A DNA stretch of 64,000 nucleotides from Eledone cirrhosa (taxonomy: Eukaryota): contig OZ024741.1 in assembly GCA_964016885.1 (NCBI GenBank), positions 45,942,001-46,006,000 on the forward strand, given 5' to 3'. Below the pieces are notes generated by a model, which was not told the origin of the DNA, did no database searches, and worked only from the letters and a program-made list of their open reading frames with translations. Positions 57,166 to 64,000 of the stretch are shown here, in pieces; position 1 is the stretch's first letter, and each line of letters begins with the position of its first letter. Both the position numbers and the translations under genes were made by a program.

Positions 57166-58345
57166 CTTGGCCTTAAAATCACCTACGAATATAGTACCAA
57201 AGTAGTTAACTTCAACCTCAACACCCAAATTATCACACCCTTTCACAAAAACAATGAGAACCTCACCTACATACACACTAGCTCTAACGACCCACTATCT
57301 ATTATAAGGTCCTTGCCACATAGTATATCACTTAGAATATCCCGCCTCTCATCTAACCAACAAATATTCGATCAACACGCTGAATACTACAACACTGCAT
57401 TAGAACGGGCTGGCCACACCGACAAACTAGAATACATGGACCCACACAACCATAAAACACATAACCACAGACACGCCAAACGCCGCACAAACACCCGCAC
57501 ACACGCACCTAGACCCCCTAATACTAACCACACCACAAATACAACAGCAACATCACAGCAAAACAGAATACGGAGTAGATCTTACATTTGGTATAATCCT
57601 ATTTTTAACTCTTCTATTAGCTCTAACTTATCTTCCACATTCTACAAAATTATAAAAAAAACACTTTCCAAATTCACATAAATATAGTAGTATACTTAAT
57701 ACCAAAACAATTAGACTATCTTATTCCACTGCACCAAACCTAGACGCACACATTAAGATGCTCAACGCCAAAAAACTCCGTAATAACAACACCCCAATCG
57801 CTCAACACAATAATACATCTAATACACAACCACCCACTAACAATCAGTATGCACAAAACACACTCACACACACATCCCAGCCCACCTATAACTCCACCAC
57901 TGCCCATAACAGAAATTGTAATTGCCACCTTCCAGAGACTTGTCCATTGAATAACGAATGTTTGCATTCAAACCTAGTATACAGGTGCTCGGTTGAGTCG
58001 GGAAACCAAACCTGGTACTACATAGGCAGCACTGCAAACACCTTCAAAACTCGTTGGTACACGCATCGTTACGCAATAAAGCACCACCAACACCGTTACG
58101 TAACGACTCTCGCCGACAAAATTTAGCATTTAAAAGGGAGTAACCGACAATACACCCTTAAATGGACCAAACTCTCACATGCTCCTCCATAACGGAGTGG
58201 GATGAAAACGTGCCCGTTGTGCAATAATGAGCTCTTCCATATTCTAAGCTCAAGCCACCAACTACTCAACAACAGAATTGAAAGGTCAATTTTTTGCCAG
58301 CATAAACTGAAAGCGAAATTCTCACACTTCAAACCTTCAACCAAA
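57166..58345 (+). pseudogene. PLE-5 RT thumb + Zn finger + GIY-YIG, disrupted
   Basis: Motifs GLKIT, YIHTSSNDP, WYNPIF, CNCHLPETCPLNNEC, LVYRC..YYIGST..FKTR, CPLCNNE. Confidence 0.85.
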
Positions 58346-58715
58346 TCCTAACACTACCTATCTTTCTACCCTAAATAACAATTCTACACCCCTAAAAATA
58401 GACTATATATGAAATTTAATACTTTCTTCCTTCATCTGTTCTCTGGTAAGACTTTCGCCTGTCCACTTCCAAATGCCTCTTAAAATTCTATCTTCCTTCT
58501 CTCTCCCTCTACTCATCACAACTTTTAGCACACAGCCCTCCTCCCCCTCCCTATACAAATCCTCTCACACCACACTATCTCTTTCTCTTTCTCTCCCTAC
58601 CTCTATCCCTTTTTTCTCTCTCTCTCTCTCACTCCCTCTCTTTTGCCCCTCTCTCTCTGTTCCTCTATCTTACACTACTACCCCTTATTTCATTTCCTAA
58701 GGTCATTCCAACTTT

Positions 58716-58816
58716 GTATTTTGAAAATTCGGATGCCACAGTATCTTTCTTGATTGCCTATTATAACATAGTGTAGCAAAAATGGACTGAAATTCTGATG
58801 AAACAATCGTTAATAC
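58716..58816 (+). ncRNA. U3:A8 HHR with a long stem II insert (PLE-5); mirror at 56253-56353 (-)
   Basis: GUAUU-UUGAAAA-UUCGGA...UCUGAU-GAAA-CAAUUG (left copy)-UU-AAUAC. Confidence 0.65.
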
Positions 58817-58866
58817 GTGGATTAAATTCTTTTGTAATTGTTTACCTTCGTCCTATTTCTCTTCTT

Positions 58867-58971
<105 letters not shown>

Positions 58972-59114
58972 AATTGAAATACTAGCGTGTGTTGGAGTTA
59001 AACACCCTCTTCGTATTATAGAAATGACAGTAAAGGTATAGCTCAATGTAATTAAACAGAGCCGAAGAATTATGAAAATAAACCAAAGAACCCTTCAATA
59101 CATCAAAAGTCTTT

Positions 59115-59159
59115 ATTAGCCAACAATGTTTCGTCCTATTAAGGACTCATCAGGGCAAT
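59115..59159 (-). ncRNA. Canonical minimal type I HHR near the end of an AT-rich non-coding PLE-like remnant (about 58968-60700)
   Basis: GCC-CUGAUGA-GUCC-UUAAUA-GGAC-GAAA-CAUUG-UU-GGC. Confidence 0.8.
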
Positions 59160-61184
59160 TAAAGCTATAAGAAGCACTATCAGCCGAAAACTCAGAAGAA
59201 TATGGAGTGTACATAGATTAAAGCATAGGAAAATAATCGGGTAAAAAATTATCAAGTAAAAAATTATCAAGTAAAAATTGCTAAGGAAGTAAGTAACATT
59301 TTGAACCATATTACAAATATAGTCCAATGCAAAAACTAGAGCTAAAACAGAGGTGGGGATATAGAGCGGGAATTATTGTACTATATATAATATAATATAA
59401 TATAATATATAATATAATTGATAATGATAATAATAATAATGTTAAAAGGCCCAATATACATATATATATATATACATATGTACACATATATACATATATA
59501 TCAATACACATTTCCATCAATAGAAGCACAAACTAATCCTTATTAAGAGTTTAAATAAAAATAAAAATAAAAATAAAAATACAAATAAAAATAAAAATAA
59601 AAATATAATACATATATTATTTACAATATAAAATGAAGAATAAATGATTAAAAGTAAGCATAAAAAATATATAATAAACTATATAATTATATAATAGATA
59701 ATCTCCGGTTAATTTGCACAAACAATATAAATGTTACAATAACACTAAAATAACAATATTATAATATAATGGCATATAACTTAACAAATCATATAGAGTT
59801 ACAGACCGGGTGAGAAAAAATATTGTACAGAACTAAATTATATTGGAAAAATTATGTTGGAAAAATATCAAAACCATTGCAAGAAAATAGATGGAGGTCA
59901 AATTTCTATACAGTTGGTGTAAATAAATATTATCCAAACATTACAAAAATTATAAAAATATAAACATATTACAGGATTTACAGAATTTAACATAACATAA
60001 TAGTACATTTAATAATCGGTAAATAATAAAGATCAGTAGTACGTTTACAAAGCGTGGAATGATATAAAACTTCAATATAAAATATTCAACATAGTATAAT
60101 ATACATAATTACGTGGTTGGTGGAGAGACATTTGTGAATAAGTGAATAAGAGCCAGACAGAAAAACTACGTACGGTAGTATATATAAATAAATAAAATCA
60201 ACCGGAAATCGAAAAACAAAAACAAAAGTATTTACTTAGGTGTCACATGCAGTTAAGTAAAATATTTAGGAAACAAACCCGGATAAATGACTAGAAAACC
60301 CTATTAAATTAATTAATATTGAAAGTACTTAAAATACACAATAAGTCCATACAAAATTAGCTATGGTTTAAGTAATCAAAATCCCCGAGTTTAAAGATAT
60401 CACTATAAAAATATATCTGGAAAAAATGAAATATTCAACTATCAGTTGAATAACGTTATCTAATAAACAGACTTTAAATAGATTTATGGTAGGCCAATGG
60501 GGACAGAAAAAAGAAATGTATGGAGGATACGAAGGAGCATAAAACCATAATCAACATACTGTATTATACAATAGAAAGGAGCATAAAAGGGAATTGAATA
60601 TAATTATAGTATATTTGAAGGGGCGAGTGACAAGTGTGTATGTGTGTGTGTGTGGGGGGGGGTTAGTTATCCAAAGAAGAATCCAAATAAAATAAAATAT
60701 ATATATATACGTTTCTTGTAGATATATGTGTGTGTGTACGCGTGTACCTTGTTTGTCTTCTTTTCTTTAATTTTTTTTTTCTAAATTATTGTTCCTTTTT
60801 TTATAAATATATCGAGAATGATACTTTCTTTTAATTATTACACTCCCTTACCTCTTTTACTTCCGCATATAAGTGTACGTGCGTGTGAGTGTGTTTATAC
60901 GCGTGCCTTCATATTCTTATAATGTATCTAATACACTGTTTTTCTGTGTACCTGCCAAACAGACAATCACATCATGTCTGTCTATAGTTACAGATACACA
61001 GATACACTTGCCCTAACACATATACATCTGTGAGCGTATATACATACATATACACACACCTAACTATATTTCTTGAAAGATTTTTATATATTTCATATGG
61101 CTATTGTAATTCCTTTGTCTATATTTATATAATTTTTTTTGCTTTTCTTGATGAGACTTTCCAAGTATTTAGCCATGTTTTATA

Positions 61185-61260
61185 TTGCCTCGTCTGACGG
61201 ACGAATGAAGACGTTTCTTTCGTATTCGCCTCATTCGGGAAACCTCTGGTAATGAGGTAA
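61185..61260 (+). ncRNA. Type I HHR with a degenerate core
   Basis: UUGCCUCGU-CUGACGG-ACGAAUGA...UCAUUCGG-GAAA-CCUCUGG-UA-AUGAGGUAA; A9 is changed. Confidence 0.65.
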
Positions 61261-61397
61261 TTATATTGTATAGATTTTTATACATAAAATTTTGCTCTGG
61301 TACTTACATAGAGCATTCTTCACTTCTATGACCTTTTCTGTTTTCAACGGAAATTGCAATACATATATATATATATATATATAAGAGAGTATTGAAG

Positions 61398-61541
<144 letters not shown>

Positions 61542-61595
61542 AATATGATAATAATGGAGCTGCGGCGCTGCAAATGGGTTACATATGAAAAGGTT

Positions 61596-61698
61596 TGTCC
61601 TCATCAGTGGCCTTCCAACCGTCGTAGGCATTTCGTCGCATTAAAGGTCATATACCTCAGGTTGGTGCGAGCAACGGCTAAAAAAAGTCGTTGGGACA
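61596..61698 (-). ncRNA. Non-circularly permuted pseudoknotted HHR, family 1, copy 1
   Basis: AGGUAU-A-UGACCUU ... C-GAAAUGCCU ... AAGGCCA-CUGAUGA-G; cut between 61651 and 61650. Confidence 0.75.
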
Positions 61699-62216
61699 CG
61701 TAAATAAGGGGGACGCTAGGGTAAACAAACAAAATGGTTTAAGCAACAGAAAGTGATGTAGAAGAAACAAGTCCCAGATTTCTATGAATATAAATTCGGT
61801 GGAATCGTGAACGAGAGAATAGAGACCATCAACCCTGGTTGAAATGTGAGCAAGGAAGGAATTTCGCACAGGTCTAACGGGAGGAAGAAGGGGTCTGGTC
61901 TGCGAATTCGGTAAACATAAGTTCTGTGAAGTCGCAGACGAGAGAGAGAGAAAATAAATTCATACCGGCTTGGCCAAGTGCCCGCTAGAAAAGGATTACG
62001 GACAGGTCAAACGGGAAGAAAGAGGAGGAGGAGAGGTAGTGACAGAGAGTGAGTGAGTGAAAGGTGAGAAAGAGGCTAACAGAGAGAGAGAGACTGCTAG
62101 AAAGGGTAAAGACACAAAGAACGAAACAGACTGGTGGCAGCGGAGGAAAAAATATATGTGTAAATATGATAATAATGGAGCTGCGGCGCTGCAAATGGGT
62201 TACATATGAAAAAGTT

Positions 62217-63262
<1,046 letters not shown>

Positions 63263-63778
63263 TAGAAAGTGAGGTTTTTTTACAAAATAAAAAATAACCG
63301 AGGTGTCCTACACGAGTGAAAGTATAAAGAAAAAGAGATGAAATCGAAAATGCAACTGGAGTCTTATTTTTTTTTTTAAATATATATATTTAAACGTATG
63401 TTAAGGTTTATTTAGTTCGGGTTTTTATTTTCTAAAGTAGAAGGTGTTATGTGTGTGTGTGTGTATGTCATATTATGGTGTTGACATAATGTATATTCAA
63501 CTATATTTAATGCTGGTCTATATTTTTTGAATAAACATATTTTCCTTATTTATTCGTATTTGTTCTGTTGTATTGTTAGCGCAAAGGTAAAATGACATAC
63601 ACACACACACATAACACCTTCTACTTTAGAAAATAAAAACCCGAACTAAATAAACCTTAACATACGTTTGCACTGACAATACAACAGAACAAATACGAAT
63701 AAGTAAGGAAAATATATTCATTAAAAATATTCCTACTAAAGGAATCATCTTCCTACACACACACACACACACACACAC

Positions 63779-63825
<47 letters not shown>

Positions 63826-64000
63826 TCTTCATCTTACATGCTAACCATACTCCCACACACATAACACCCATACACACACATAACAACCCCCACACCCACA
63901 ACTCCCTCCCCCATTTCTACTAATAGAACCACTTTCCTACACACATATATACACACACACAAAATATATATTCTCTCCATCTTAACATACTCGCACACAC

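Noticed and set aside
61596-61698. Plus-strand HDV-like ribozyme reading of the conserved motif
   Set aside because: The helix order does not fit the HDV P1-P2-P3-P1.1-P4 topology, whereas the minus strand supplies a complete HHR core.

Overview
AT-rich, microsatellite-laden eukaryotic DNA. The SINE, LINE and Penelope content suggests a cephalopod such as Octopus (inference). I see no convincing host protein-coding gene; the window is almost entirely retroelements. Bases 1-14.9 kb hold a (TAA)n-associated cluster: two decayed R4/Dong-type RT-RLE LINEs, a 5'-truncated Dong copy, and an almost intact Tx1/L1-type LINE in the opposite orientation. Bases 15-64 kb hold five 5'-truncated coding Penelope-like elements (PLEs; four Naiad-type, one Neptune-type), each built as a head-to-head inverted repeat, usually ending at (TA)n. 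There are also many non-coding PLE derivatives and palindromes, tRNA-derived SINEs, a Helitron-like piece and long microsatellites. The main hidden signal is RNA: hand-folding gives about 15 distinct hammerhead ribozyme (HHR) families. These include (i) a non-circularly permuted, pseudoknotted HHR in three copies from two diverged families with covariation, two of them flanking a 621-nt retrozyme-like monomer; (ii) a 627-bp HHR tandem; (iii) four families with a compensatory U3:A8 core; (iv) four families with U10.1-U11.1. All folds were done by eye and need computational and biochemical checks. Element boundaries are approximate.
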